A DNA stretch of 64,000 nucleotides from an uncultured Dorea sp. (GTDB lineage: Bacteria; Bacillota; Clostridia; Lachnospirales; Lachnospiraceae): assembly GCA_910578495.1 (NCBI GenBank), contig CAJTRE010000003.1:71952-135951 (forward strand), written 5' to 3'. Of the stretch, positions 31,879 to 42,855 are shown one piece after another; the first letter of the stretch is position 1, and the number at the start of each line of letters is the position of its first letter. The translations under genes and the position numbers were made by a program. The notes below the pieces were generated by a model. It was given only the letters and a program-made list of their open reading frames with translations. It did no database searches and had not been told where the DNA came from.

Positions 31879-32337
31879 TTATATGGTAAGTCTATATGTT
31901 CTACACGTATCAAGCCTCTTCGCTCCCTGAGCCAAATAGAAATCAATACTGGACTGATTCCAGTCCAGACAAATCCACTCTGTTCTGGCGCCACCTCTTT
32001 CCCTTGCAATCCGTCGCATTTCTTCAAACAATGCTTTCCCACATCCCATTCCTCTATATTCCTCCTCCACAAAAAAAGAGTCAAGAAACAATCCCCCGCA
32101 CCCTGTATATCCGACAAAATTCTGGAAGAAAAGTGCCATTCCGACTTCCTTTTCATCCACCATTACAAATATTACTTCTGCCTGTTTTCTTTCAAACAAC
32201 TCTGACTCCAGAGTTTCCTCATCTACGGTGAAAATATCCTCCGCCTCTTCATACTCTGCCAGACCTTTCAAAAACTTATATACCAGTCCGACATCCCCTG
32301 ATTTTCCGTATCTCACAGTAATTTTTCTATCTTCCAT
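31879..32337 (-). CDS. GNAT family N-acetyltransferase (SSAT-like)
   Basis: LAEYE, FVEEEYRGMGCGKALF, LDWN..SIDFY motifs. Confidence 0.9.
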   Translation of the reverse strand: MEDRKITVRYGKSGDVGLVYKFLKGLAEYEEAEDIFTVDEETLESELFERKQAEVIFVMVDEKEVGMALFFQNFVGYTGCGGLFLDSFFVEEEYRGMGCGKALFEEMRRIARERGGARTEWICLDWNQSSIDFYLAQGAKRLDTCRTYRLTI

Positions 32338-32381
32338 GCTCCTGTTCCTTTACCAAATATGTAAGTTATCTGCGTCCTAAA

Positions 32382-32912
32382 TTAACATTTTATCTGGCAC
32401 ATACGCATAGCCGCAAGCGCATTCTCATGGCTCTCTGGCGTTACTCCCGCGCAGCACTCACCATCTACAAGCACCGGAACTTCCGGAAGGCTTGCCTTTA
32501 CGATCATCGCATTGGAAATTACACAAATATCAGTACATAATCCTATAAAAGTAACAGACTCAATTCCTTCTTCACCTTTCGCTTTCAAATCTTTGTCCTG
32601 TGCCACAAGCATATGACCTAATGCCGCACTTCCGAACGTCGGCTTATCAACGGGCTGCTCTTTTCTAAGCGCCTCGATTTCCGGATGAAGCTCCCAGCCT
32701 TTCGTCCCTTTGATACAGTGTTCTACAGGAAGATTCTTGCCTTCCTGTGTCTCCAGATAATTTTCTTCGTGAGTATCTCTGGTGTAAATCACACGACCGT
32801 CAAAATTCTTAATCTTCTCTACTACTTTGGGCACGATCGCCATCGCCTCTTTCGTTCCCAACGCTCCATCGATAAAGTCATTTTGCATATCCACAACTAC
32901 TAATACATTCAT
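32382..32912 (-). CDS. Isochorismatase/nicotinamidase family cysteine hydrolase
   Basis: VVDMQNDF, DTH, HC, KPTFGS, GLCTDICV motifs. Confidence 0.9.
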   Translation of the reverse strand: MNVLVVVDMQNDFIDGALGTKEAMAIVPKVVEKIKNFDGRVIYTRDTHEENYLETQEGKNLPVEHCIKGTKGWELHPEIEALRKEQPVDKPTFGSAALGHMLVAQDKDLKAKGEEGIESVTFIGLCTDICVISNAMIVKASLPEVPVLVDGECCAGVTPESHENALAAMRMCQIKC

Positions 32913-32984
32913 ATACGTTCTCCTGTCTGTTTTCCACTTTATATCGTTCGAATAACGACCTGTGACTGTCACAAATACCCCTTC

Positions 32985-33785
32985 CTAATATCTTGTCTCT
33001 ACGTAAAATCCTTCTCTGGATAACTCAGACAGCGTAATCTTCCTGCCCCAGTGTACACTAGAATTAAAATTCCCTTCTGTCACAGTGATCGTATTGCCTT
33101 TCTTGGACAGCACAATTACAGAATGGTATCCCTGATTAAAAATCTTTGTGCCAACACGAATATGATCTCCCACCTTAATTTTTGAAAATGTTCTATGACG
33201 CGTTACTTTTGCACTCTTTCCAAACACTTTATCACTAATCTGTGCAATATAGGCATAGCATCCGAGACCATATGTATTTGTCGCTTTCCAGTAGTAAGCC
33301 TTATCGTCTCCCCAGCTTTTCCCCTCTGGATACGTTTTCTTAAGCCTCATCAAACGGTTCTTTGCCTCAGTCTGTGTCATCTTTTTAGATGTCTTGGCAG
33401 GCGTATACACTTTCACCTTCATCCAGGTGGATTTGTATTTTCCATTTTTCCCTTTGACTCTTACAGTAATCTTGACGGTACCGTTCTTTTTACCTGTAAT
33501 CTTTCCGCTCTTAGAAACCGTTGCGATCTTTTTGCTGCCAGACGTAAAAGTTACAGATTTTTTGGCTTTTGCAGGACTTACCACCACTTTGAGAACTGCG
33601 GTTTTTCCCTTTTTGACGTTATATGTTTTCTTCGTTACTTTGGTGTTTCCTACTTTTAAAGATACACTTTTTACTGCTCTTGGGCTGGCCGCCTCTACAA
33701 CAGCCGGACTTGCCATCGTCATCGCCACAACAAACGCCAGCATGAAAAGCAGACTTTTTAAAATCCTGTTCATTTTATTCATCAT
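32985..33785 (-). CDS. Secreted basic protein with Ig-like domain and putative CHAP/NlpC-like amidase domain
   Basis: Signal peptide; Big_2-like VTFTSGSKKIATVSKSGKITGKK; C-terminal GCYAY...HSVIV...VTEGN. Confidence 0.6.
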   Translation of the reverse strand: MMNKMNRILKSLLFMLAFVVAMTMASPAVVEAASPRAVKSVSLKVGNTKVTKKTYNVKKGKTAVLKVVVSPAKAKKSVTFTSGSKKIATVSKSGKITGKKNGTVKITVRVKGKNGKYKSTWMKVKVYTPAKTSKKMTQTEAKNRLMRLKKTYPEGKSWGDDKAYYWKATNTYGLGCYAYIAQISDKVFGKSAKVTRHRTFSKIKVGDHIRVGTKIFNQGYHSVIVLSKKGNTITVTEGNFNSSVHWGRKITLSELSREGFYVETRY

Positions 33786-33883
33786 CTTTCCCTCTCCTCT
33801 CGCCCACTCAACAAGGTTTTTCTCTATTATATACCCTGTTTGCCGCTAATACAAGGAGGCTTAGTGACTAAATTAAAGAATAC

Positions 33884-33946
33884 GTAACTATCCAGCTACA
33901 ACAATTCGAGTTTCACTGCTATATCAGCGCATGGCTGAATAGTTAC
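33884..33946. repeat. GTAAC-family element (copy C, 63 bp)
   Basis: GTAACTATCCAGC...GGCTGAATAGTTAC; overlaps the last codons and stop of the ABC transporter gene. Confidence 0.8.
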
Positions 33947-35771
33947 AATCAAACACCTGCATCGCAGATTCTTCTTCAAACTGCTTATAGTATAGATCAT
34001 GGTAATATCCATTCTGATTCAACAGTTCCCGATGAGTCCCTCTTTCAATAATCTTCCCATCTTTCACCACCAGAATCAAATCCGCACTTCGAATCGTGGA
34101 CAGCCTGTGTGCAATCACAAAAGACGTATGTCCTTTTAAGAGCTTCTGCGTTGCCTGCTGAATAAGCTGTTCCGTTGCGGTATCTATGGAAGATGTCGCC
34201 TCGTCCAGCACAAAGATTGCCGGATCAGCTAAAATCGCTCTCGCAAATGAAATAAGCTGTTTCTCACCCACTGACAACTTTCCGCCGCTCTCACCTACAT
34301 CACTGTCATATCCATCTTTTAACTTCTCTACTACCACATCCGCAGATACACGCTTCGCTGCCGCTTCAATCTCTTCATCCGTTGCCTGAAGATCACCATA
34401 GCGAATATTTTCACGCACAGTTCCGGAAAATAGATGTGGATTTTGAAGCACATATCCAATCTGACTGTGGAGCCATAGCTGGGAACGCTCCCGATAATCC
34501 ACTCCGTCAATAAGAATCCGTCCTTTTGTCGGCTCAAAAAATCGTCCCACAAGATTCACTAATGTTGACTTCCCGGCTCCTGTCTCTCCCACAATGGCCA
34601 CATTCATTCCTGCCGGAATGTGCAGATCAAAATGCTCCAACACATACTCCTTGCCGTCCGGATACATAAAAGACACATCCTCAAAAATAATATCTCCGCG
34701 GATTCTCTCCCAGTTTTCTTTCTTCGGATGAAAATTATCACCGTATTTCTCCACTACATCTTCCCGGTCCGTCACATTCGGTTTCTGTTCCAAAAGATCC
34801 ATCACACGCTCAATGTTTGCCTGACAGGAAATCAACTCTGCCAAAAGTCTTGCAAGCTGTTGGATTGGTTCAAAGATAACAACCGCATAGGAGATAAATA
34901 CTGACAATGTCCCAAGCTGAATCAGTTCTTCCTGCACCATATAACCGCCCCGATATAGCACAAATGCCGCCGCTGCCGAACCAAAGAATAAAATAGTAGG
35001 GATATACACTGCATTTAATTTGGCAGACCGACAGGCCGCAAAACGCATAGCCCCTGTTTTCTCAGCAAATGCTATATCATTATCTTTCTCAATCACCATG
35101 CTTTTCGACGTTTTTACTCCGGTAATTCCTTCATTGTATGCGCTTGTAATCTGAGAATTAATTCTTCTTACTTTCCGGTTCCAGTTAAGGATTTTATTCT
35201 GGAAAATCCCCGTAATTACCGCAATACAAGGCACAACCAACAGTAATATGAGCGCCAGCTTAACATTCAGCACAAACATGATCACAAACACACTGACCAC
35301 ATACAGAAACGCCCAGAACATATCCACCAGCCCCCAGGCAATCATACTGGCAATCTTTAATGTGTCGCTCATCACTCTGGCATGGATATACCCAACCGGA
35401 GTCGTATTATAGTAAGAAAAAGACAACGTCTGCAAATGTTCAAACTGCGTCCATTTCAAATCCTTTCCCACACACATTTCTATCGTCGTCGCCGAATGTA
35501 CCGACCAGTATACACTGATAGTCTGAACTACGATCACTCCCACATAAACAAGGGCAAAAATTAAGATTCCGTCCTTCGTATCCGGCACGATAAAATGATC
35601 GATCGCATAACTCTGAAACAGCGGAACCAGTACATCCACGCCCGCAAGCAAAATATTTAACCCAAGCGAAATGGCAAAATATTTCTTGTAAGGTTTGAAA
35701 AAGGGAATCATTTTCGCCCATATTTTCATCTGGAAAGGTTTCTTATATTCTTGTTCTTCATATGCTGCCAT
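33924..35771 (-). CDS. ABC exporter ATP-binding/permease subunit (heterodimer partner 2)
   Basis: TMD plus NBD: GETGAGKST, LSVGEKQ, LDEAT, IAHRL. Confidence 0.92.
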   Translation of the reverse strand: MAAYEEQEYKKPFQMKIWAKMIPFFKPYKKYFAISLGLNILLAGVDVLVPLFQSYAIDHFIVPDTKDGILIFALVYVGVIVVQTISVYWSVHSATTIEMCVGKDLKWTQFEHLQTLSFSYYNTTPVGYIHARVMSDTLKIASMIAWGLVDMFWAFLYVVSVFVIMFVLNVKLALILLLVVPCIAVITGIFQNKILNWNRKVRRINSQITSAYNEGITGVKTSKSMVIEKDNDIAFAEKTGAMRFAACRSAKLNAVYIPTILFFGSAAAAFVLYRGGYMVQEELIQLGTLSVFISYAVVIFEPIQQLARLLAELISCQANIERVMDLLEQKPNVTDREDVVEKYGDNFHPKKENWERIRGDIIFEDVSFMYPDGKEYVLEHFDLHIPAGMNVAIVGETGAGKSTLVNLVGRFFEPTKGRILIDGVDYRERSQLWLHSQIGYVLQNPHLFSGTVRENIRYGDLQATDEEIEAAAKRVSADVVVEKLKDGYDSDVGESGGKLSVGEKQLISFARAILADPAIFVLDEATSSIDTATEQLIQQATQKLLKGHTSFVIAHRLSTIRSADLILVVKDGKIIERGTHRELLNQNGYYHDLYYKQFEEESAMQVFDCNYSAMR

Positions 35772-37572
35772 TGTCTCGTTTCACCTGCCTTCTGTCATCA
35801 TGACTCATCTGAATATCATAGATCTGTTTATAAATACCGTCTCGTTCAAGCAGCTCCCGATGGCTTCCCATCTCCGCCACACGCCCCTGGTTCAGCACCA
35901 TAATCTTAGAAGCGCCCATCAATGTCGTAATCCTGTGTGAAATAAGAATCACCGTTGTATCTTTCATATATTCCTTTAACGCTTTGCGGATCAAAGAATC
36001 CGTCTCAGAATCTACCGCAGACAAAGAATCGTCAAATACCATAACCGGAGCTTTCTGAAGCAGCATTCTTGCAATTGCCACACGCTGTCTCTGTCCACCG
36101 GAAAGAGTAACCCCGCGTTCTCCCACTAAGGTATCATAACCGTCCGGGAAATTCATGATTGCTTCATCAACACAGGCAATCTTTGCTGCCTCGCGAATCT
36201 CCTCAAAGGACGCATCCGGCCTGGAAGCCGCAATATTCTCCCGAATCGTTCTGGAATAAAGAAACGGTTCCTGAAGCACAATACCTACATGTTGCCGCAA
36301 CGTCTCAAGCGGAATCTCACGAATGTCCTTTCCACCAATTTGAATTACTCCATTCCCGTCTTCCAACTCATAAAGCCTTGTCAACAACTGAACAACGGTA
36401 GATTTTCCACTTCCCGTTCCACCTAAAATGCCAAACGTTGTTCCTTTTCGTATTTCAAATGTCACATCGGACAACACTTTCTGCTCCTCTCCATAGCCAA
36501 AATTGACATGAGAAAACGCAATGCCCTCCATACTATCCCATGACATACTTTTCAAATCTTTCTTTTCCTCTTTCTCTTCTAGAGAAGAATACGCCTCTTC
36601 CTCTGCCCGGATAATGTAGTCCACACGTTCAAAAGAAACGCCCGCCTTACTCATATCCGACAAAATACGTCCAAGTCCTCGAATCGGCCATACTAATGTT
36701 GTGTTGTAAGAAGCAAACGCCACAAACTCTCCTACACTGAGCTGCCCATTTACTGCTTCCCATGCCCCCACTACAATGACCGTTACTACCTGTAAACCGG
36801 TGATCAAATCACCCACGCCCCAATACAGGCCGGATAAGGTTCCTAGCTTAATCCAAAGCTTGGCAAACGCGTCATTCTTCTTCCTGAACCTGTCCATCTC
36901 AAACTTTTCACGCCCAAAGGCTCGGACAACACGCACCCCGGTAGCATTTTCCTGAACCACTGTAGACAACTCACCCTCCGCTTCATCCGCATCGGTAAAT
37001 CTTCTGGCAATCAGTCGGTAAAAAACAGCAGAATATAAAACAACTACCGGAATGAATGCAAATACGACAAGGGACAGTTTCCAGTTCATGGACAGCATCA
37101 TAGCAAAGGACACCGTTATCAAAAATACCGTACGAAAAACTTCCAAAAGCTGTGTTACGACAAAATTTCGGATCACCTCTACGTCAGATGTACAGCGCTG
37201 GATAATATCCCCTGTCTGATTCTTGTCATGCCAGTTCATAGGCAGCTTCTGCACATGGGTAAACAACGCATCTCTTAGATTTTTCGCAAAATTTTCTCCT
37301 GCCATGGCTGTATTGGCCCGGCTTACATACATAGAACCTCCGGATAAAACAGCCGTTCCGATAAGCACCAGAGCCATAATCCACAAATGTTCGGACAGAT
37401 ACGGGTATCTCCCGTCTCCCAGCACCGAATCAATGGTAAACCGGAAAATCTGCGGCGTCAAAGAATTTAATGCGGTTGTTACAAAAGACGCAATAATAGC
37501 CAATACAAAATATTTCTTCGCACCGGTAAAAAATTGAGCGGCCAATTTTATTTTTCTGTTTCCGTTTCTCAC
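35758..37572 (-). CDS. ABC exporter ATP-binding/permease subunit (heterodimer partner 1)
   Basis: TMD plus NBD: GGTGSGKST, LSGGQ, degenerate Walker B FDDS. Confidence 0.92.
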   Translation of the reverse strand: MRNGNRKIKLAAQFFTGAKKYFVLAIIASFVTTALNSLTPQIFRFTIDSVLGDGRYPYLSEHLWIMALVLIGTAVLSGGSMYVSRANTAMAGENFAKNLRDALFTHVQKLPMNWHDKNQTGDIIQRCTSDVEVIRNFVVTQLLEVFRTVFLITVSFAMMLSMNWKLSLVVFAFIPVVVLYSAVFYRLIARRFTDADEAEGELSTVVQENATGVRVVRAFGREKFEMDRFRKKNDAFAKLWIKLGTLSGLYWGVGDLITGLQVVTVIVVGAWEAVNGQLSVGEFVAFASYNTTLVWPIRGLGRILSDMSKAGVSFERVDYIIRAEEEAYSSLEEKEEKKDLKSMSWDSMEGIAFSHVNFGYGEEQKVLSDVTFEIRKGTTFGILGGTGSGKSTVVQLLTRLYELEDGNGVIQIGGKDIREIPLETLRQHVGIVLQEPFLYSRTIRENIAASRPDASFEEIREAAKIACVDEAIMNFPDGYDTLVGERGVTLSGGQRQRVAIARMLLQKAPVMVFDDSLSAVDSETDSLIRKALKEYMKDTTVILISHRITTLMGASKIMVLNQGRVAEMGSHRELLERDGIYKQIYDIQMSHDDRRQVKRDNGSI

Positions 37573-37596
37573 AGATTCCTCCCTCCTTTCAAATTT

Positions 37597-37630
37597 AAAA
37601 AAAAGTCTCGGGCATACACCCGGGACTTTT
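37597..37630 (-). terminator. Terminator after rplT
   Basis: AAAAGTCCCGGG-N6-CCCGAGACTTTTTTTT on the minus strand. Confidence 0.8.
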
Positions 37631-37640
37631 AAAATATCAT

Positions 37641-37997
37641 TTATGCTAATTTAGCTTTTGCAGTCTCAACAAGTGCAGCAAATCCTTCCGCATCGTTCAC
37701 CGCCATCTCAGCTAACATCTTTCTGTTGATCTCAATGTCAGCCAGTTTCAAACCATGCATCAGCTTGCTGTAAGACATTCCATTCATTCTTGCCGCAGCA
37801 TTGATACGTGCAATCCATAACTGACGCATCTGACGTTTACGCTCTTTTCTTCCTGCGTAGGAAGATGTAAGCGCTCTCATAACAGACTGTTTTGCAACTC
37901 TATACTGTTTCGAACGTGCTCCTCTATATCCTTTTGCTAATTTTAATGTTCTATTGTGTTTCTTTCTAGCGTTCATTCCGCCTTTAATTCTTGCCAT
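37641..37997 (-). CDS. rplT: 50S ribosomal protein L20
   Basis: [23 protein letters not shown]. Confidence 0.99.
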   Translation of the reverse strand: MARIKGGMNARKKHNRTLKLAKGYRGARSKQYRVAKQSVMRALTSSYAGRKERKRQMRQLWIARINAAARMNGMSYSKLMHGLKLADIEINRKMLAEMAVNDAEGFAALVETAKAKLA

Positions 37998-38030
37998 GTC
38001 TTATTCCTCCTTCAATACTTTAACAATATC

Positions 38031-38228
38031 TTACAGATACGGTAATACCTTTTTCATGTTCTTTACATTTGTTGCATCTGTAATAGCAGCTTTTCTAAGG
38101 TTTCTTTTTCTCTTTGTAGATTTCTTAGTTAAGATATGGCTCTTGTATGCTTTATTTCTTTTTAACTTTCCTGAACCTGTTTTTTTGAAGCGCTTCGCAG
38201 CTGCTCTATTTGTTTTGATTTTTGGCAT
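38031..38228 (-). CDS. rpmI: 50S ribosomal protein L35
   Basis: [21 protein letters not shown]. Confidence 0.99.
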   Translation of the reverse strand: MPKIKTNRAAAKRFKKTGSGKLKRNKAYKSHILTKKSTKRKRNLRKAAITDATNVKNMKKVLPYL

Positions 38229-38265
38229 GATAATATTCCTCCTTAGATTTTGTAAATTAATATTT

Positions 38266-38772
38266 TTAACGTTTTTCAGTTAAAACCATGCTCATACTTC
38301 TGCCTTCCTGTTTCGCCGGCTTTTCAATCACAGCAACATCAGCAAGCATCTCGGCAAAATCATCCAGAATATGTTTGCTCTGCTGCATATGTGCCATCTC
38401 ACGACCACGGAATCGCAGAGTAACCTTTACTTTATTTCCTTTTGTGATGAACTTCTTTGCATTGTTCATCTTTGTGTTAAGATCGTTCGTATCAATGTTC
38501 GGTGAAAGACGTACTTCCTTCACTTCTACTGTCTTCTGCTTTTTCTTAGCCTCTTTTTCTTTTCTTGCAAGCTCGTACTTATATTTTCCATAATCGATAA
38601 TCTTGCATACCGGCGGCTGTGCCTTCGGCGCAATCTTTACCAGATCAAGCTCTGCCTCTCTTGCAAGTTTCATAGCATCCCTGGAAGACATAATTCCAAG
38701 CTGCTCTCCGCTTTCGCTTACTACACGAACCTCTTTGTCCCTGATTTGCTCATTGATCATTAAATCGCTAAT
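38266..38772 (-). CDS. infC: Translation initiation factor IF-3, probable ATT start
   Basis: [29 protein letters not shown]; in-frame ATT AGC GAT TTA after GGGGTG RBS. Confidence 0.97.
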   Translation of the reverse strand: MSDLMINEQIRDKEVRVVSESGEQLGIMSSRDAMKLAREAELDLVKIAPKAQPPVCKIIDYGKYKYELARKEKEAKKKQKTVEVKEVRLSPNIDTNDLNTKMNNAKKFITKGNKVKVTLRFRGREMAHMQQSKHILDDFAEMLADVAVIEKPAKQEGRSMSMVLTEKR

Positions 38773-38791
38773 GTTCCTGCACCCCCATCAT

Positions 38792-38927
38792 AAAAATAAG
38801 TGAATAGTCTCAGACTATCCACTTGCATATCTACACAAAACTCCCTTAATCCATAAGGAAATTCTCTTTCAATATTAACCAATAGACGCCCGATTGCGCT
38901 ATGGTGAGAGTGGATACTCTGCTTTGC
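38792..38927 (-). ncRNA. Ribosomal protein L20 leader
   Basis: Upstream of infC-rpmI-rplT; 5' AGTATCCACTCT complementary to AAGTGGATA in the terminator AAGTGGATAGTC..GACTATTCACTTATTTTT. Confidence 0.75.
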
Positions 38928-39002
38928 TTTTTTTCACAAGATATAATGTATCACAGATAACTTATGCTGTCAATCATTATTTCCACATATTCTTTAAAAA
39001 AT

Positions 39003-39033
39003 GTAACTATTCAGCCATATGTTGAATAGTTAC
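39003..39033. repeat. GTAAC-family element (copy D, 31 bp) with 9-bp direct repeat TTAAAAAAT
   Basis: GTAACTATTCAGCCATATGTTGAATAGTTAC; TTAAAAAAT at 38994-39002 and 39034-39042. Confidence 0.85.
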
Positions 39034-39176
39034 TTAAAAAATAGAATTCACTCTGTTTTTTTCTTGCTATTTCTCCGGTTTCATGTCATAATAAGCACAT
39101 TGATGTTGTTACTTTTATTATAACACCAATAAACGTTAGAAGGAATGCAGTAATTAAAAATTGAGGAGGATTTTAT

Positions 39177-40535
<1,359 letters not shown>

Positions 40536-40546
40536 ATTTATACATC

Positions 40547-40582
40547 AAAAAGGGATGTTCGACATTGGAAACATCCCTTTTT
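40547..40582. terminator. Bidirectional terminator
   Basis: AAAAAGGGATGTT..AACATCCCTTTTT between convergent genes. Confidence 0.85.
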
Positions 40583-40595
40583 ATATACGTTCTTG

Positions 40596-41459
40596 TTATC
40601 GTTTCTCTCCCATACAGAAAATTGCCAGAACACCAGGACCTGTATGACTACCGATTACTGTTCCGATATTATTGACCAGAACATTCTCAACCCCCATTTT
40701 TTCGCGAACCATATCCGCAAGATACTCCGCCTCTTCTATACAATCTCCATGAGTGACCATAACAACCTCATTTTTCCAGTCTTTTGCCTGTTCGAGCGCC
40801 ATGCTTAAAATCTTATTGATGGATTTTTTACGTCCACGCTCTTTTCCGATAACTTGAAGGCAGCCCTGATTATCCACATGAATGATCGGCTTGATCTGAA
40901 CCATTGTTCCAAGAACTGCAGCCGTCTTAGAGATACGTCCGCCTCTTTGCAGATGATTCAAATCATCTACTGTTACATAGTGACAGACGTGCAGTTTGTT
41001 TTCCTCCACCCACTGCGCCAGCTCATCCATGGACATCCCCTCTTCTTTTTTCTTGAGCACATAGTAAAGAAGCACTCCTTCTCCCATACATGCACACAGC
41101 GTATCAATGATAATCACCTTTCGTTCCGGATATTTCTCCTTAAGATCTTCCGCTGCCAGCCGCATACTGTTATAAGTTCCGCTTAATCCTGAAGAGAACC
41201 CAAGATGAAGCACATCCTTTCCCTCTTTTAAAAACGGCTCCAGTTTTTCTCTCGCTTCATCCGGATTGATCTGTGATGTAACGGCATTCTTTCCCTCTCT
41301 TAGCTTCTGGAAAAACTCTTTTTCTGACAATCCATTTCTATCTTCATATGTCTTGCCTTCAATTGTATATCTAAGAGCAAATACCGGAATGCCCTTCTCT
41401 TCCACCCAAGTTTTTGGAAGATCCATTGTACTGTTTACTGTAATAACATATTCACTCAT
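40596..41459 (-). CDS. DegV family fatty-acid-binding protein
   Basis: TSQ, SSGLSGTY, LQRGGRIS, IGSHTGPG motifs. Confidence 0.95.
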   Translation of the reverse strand: MSEYVITVNSTMDLPKTWVEEKGIPVFALRYTIEGKTYEDRNGLSEKEFFQKLREGKNAVTSQINPDEAREKLEPFLKEGKDVLHLGFSSGLSGTYNSMRLAAEDLKEKYPERKVIIIDTLCACMGEGVLLYYVLKKKEEGMSMDELAQWVEENKLHVCHYVTVDDLNHLQRGGRISKTAAVLGTMVQIKPIIHVDNQGCLQVIGKERGRKKSINKILSMALEQAKDWKNEVVMVTHGDCIEEAEYLADMVREKMGVENVLVNNIGTVIGSHTGPGVLAIFCMGEKR

Positions 41460-41522
41460 GTTTTATCCTCCTGAAAAAATATAATTCATTATAACACCGT
41501 CTTATATTTTTCGCAAGAAAAC

Positions 41523-42551
41523 CTAAGAAATCACTCCATCTGTCTTCGCCATATGTACGACCAGATCGATCACCTTATTGGAATATCCCCATTCATTATC
41601 ATACCAGGCAATCAATTTAACAAAATCATCCCCAAGCATGATTCCTGCCTTTTCATCAAAAATACAGGTATTATAATTTCCCCTAAGGTCACTGGATACA
41701 ATCTCATCATTATTGTATTCAATGATTCCTTTCATGCTTCCCTGACTTGCTTCCTTCACTGCCTGGCAAATCTCCTCGTAAGTCGCTTTTGTTTTAAGAT
41801 GTGCCGTTAAATCTACCACCGAAATATCGTTCGTCGGTACTCGAAAGCTCATACCTGTCATATGGCCATTCAACTCCGGAATCACCTTTCCTACTGCCTG
41901 TGCAGCCCCCGTCGATGAAGGTATGATATTATTAAATACAGATCGACCGGTTCTCCAATCCCGGCCGCCGTTGGAATCTACCGGTTTTTGTTTAGACGTA
42001 GACGCATGAATCGTAGACATCAAAGCTTTTTCGATACCAAATTTCTCATGGATGACTTTCGCAAGCGGCGCCAGACAGTTGGTGGTACAACTTGCATTAG
42101 ACACGATATCCATGGATGACTCGTAGGTATCTTCATTCACACCTATCACAAAAGTAGGGAAATCGTCTCCCTTACCGGGCGCTGTTAAGATCACCTTCTT
42201 TGCTCCCCCTGCAAAATGCTTGGCGCAAGTGCCAATCGTACGGAATGCACCCGTCGATTCAATAATATACTCTGCACCGCAGCCTGCCCAGTCAATGCCC
42301 TCCGGGGCACTCTCACTCAATACCCTGATATCATGTCCATTAATCCGAATCCCCTGCTCCGTAGCCTGTACATCCCCATAAAATCTGCCGAATACCGAAT
42401 CATAGCGGATCATATATACCATCTTTTCCAGATCAGCATTGCGCACATTAATTCCGCAGACCTCAATCGGCATGTCCCGCTGCTCCAGACTGCGCACAAT
42501 CACTCTTGCAATTCGTCCAAATCCATTGATTCCTACTTTTACCTTTTTCAT
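41523..42551 (-). CDS. gap: Type I glyceraldehyde-3-phosphate dehydrogenase (stand-alone, atypical cofactor loop)
   Basis: GINGFGRI, ASCTTNCLAP, NIIPSSTGAA, WYDNEWGYS motifs. Confidence 0.92.
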   Translation of the reverse strand: MKKVKVGINGFGRIARVIVRSLEQRDMPIEVCGINVRNADLEKMVYMIRYDSVFGRFYGDVQATEQGIRINGHDIRVLSESAPEGIDWAGCGAEYIIESTGAFRTIGTCAKHFAGGAKKVILTAPGKGDDFPTFVIGVNEDTYESSMDIVSNASCTTNCLAPLAKVIHEKFGIEKALMSTIHASTSKQKPVDSNGGRDWRTGRSVFNNIIPSSTGAAQAVGKVIPELNGHMTGMSFRVPTNDISVVDLTAHLKTKATYEEICQAVKEASQGSMKGIIEYNNDEIVSSDLRGNYNTCIFDEKAGIMLGDDFVKLIAWYDNEWGYSNKVIDLVVHMAKTDGVIS

Positions 42552-42685
42552 AATAACCTCCCGCAAACATATAAATAATTCACTTGGAGTATAGCACTCT
42601 TTGATAGCACAGACAACCTAAGTTTATATCTTAACAAGACTACTATTTTATTAACAGGATTAACATTCTTTTCACATACATTTTC

Positions 42686-42848
42686 GTAACAGTTCAGCCC
42701 GCGCCATTCGCAAAACCGCACTAACGTGCTATTCGTTGCTGTGCAACTATTTTTGCTCATAATCTGGCGCTCCGCTCATAGTCGGTAAAATACACTCACT
42801 CATGCAAGCATGATTCGTTTATTTTGCCGACTATGGCTGAACTGTTAC
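42686..42848. mobile_element. MITE-like element (copy E, 163 bp) with 14-bp TIRs and 8-bp TSD
   Basis: GTAACAGTTCAGCC...GGCTGAACTGTTAC perfect TIRs; ACATTTTC at 42678-42685 and 42849-42856; internal long hairpin. Confidence 0.85.
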
Positions 42849-42855
42849 ACATTTT

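Noticed and set aside
39107..39126. TGTTA...TAACA inverted repeat upstream of the NSS transporter as a GlnR/TnrA site
   Set aside because: Spacer does not match the N7 consensus; AT-rich chance match is plausible
42648..42667. Rex-like operator upstream of gap (ATGTTAA-N5-TTAATAA)
   Set aside because: Spacing is one base longer than TTGTTAA-N4-TTAACAA and the arms mismatch
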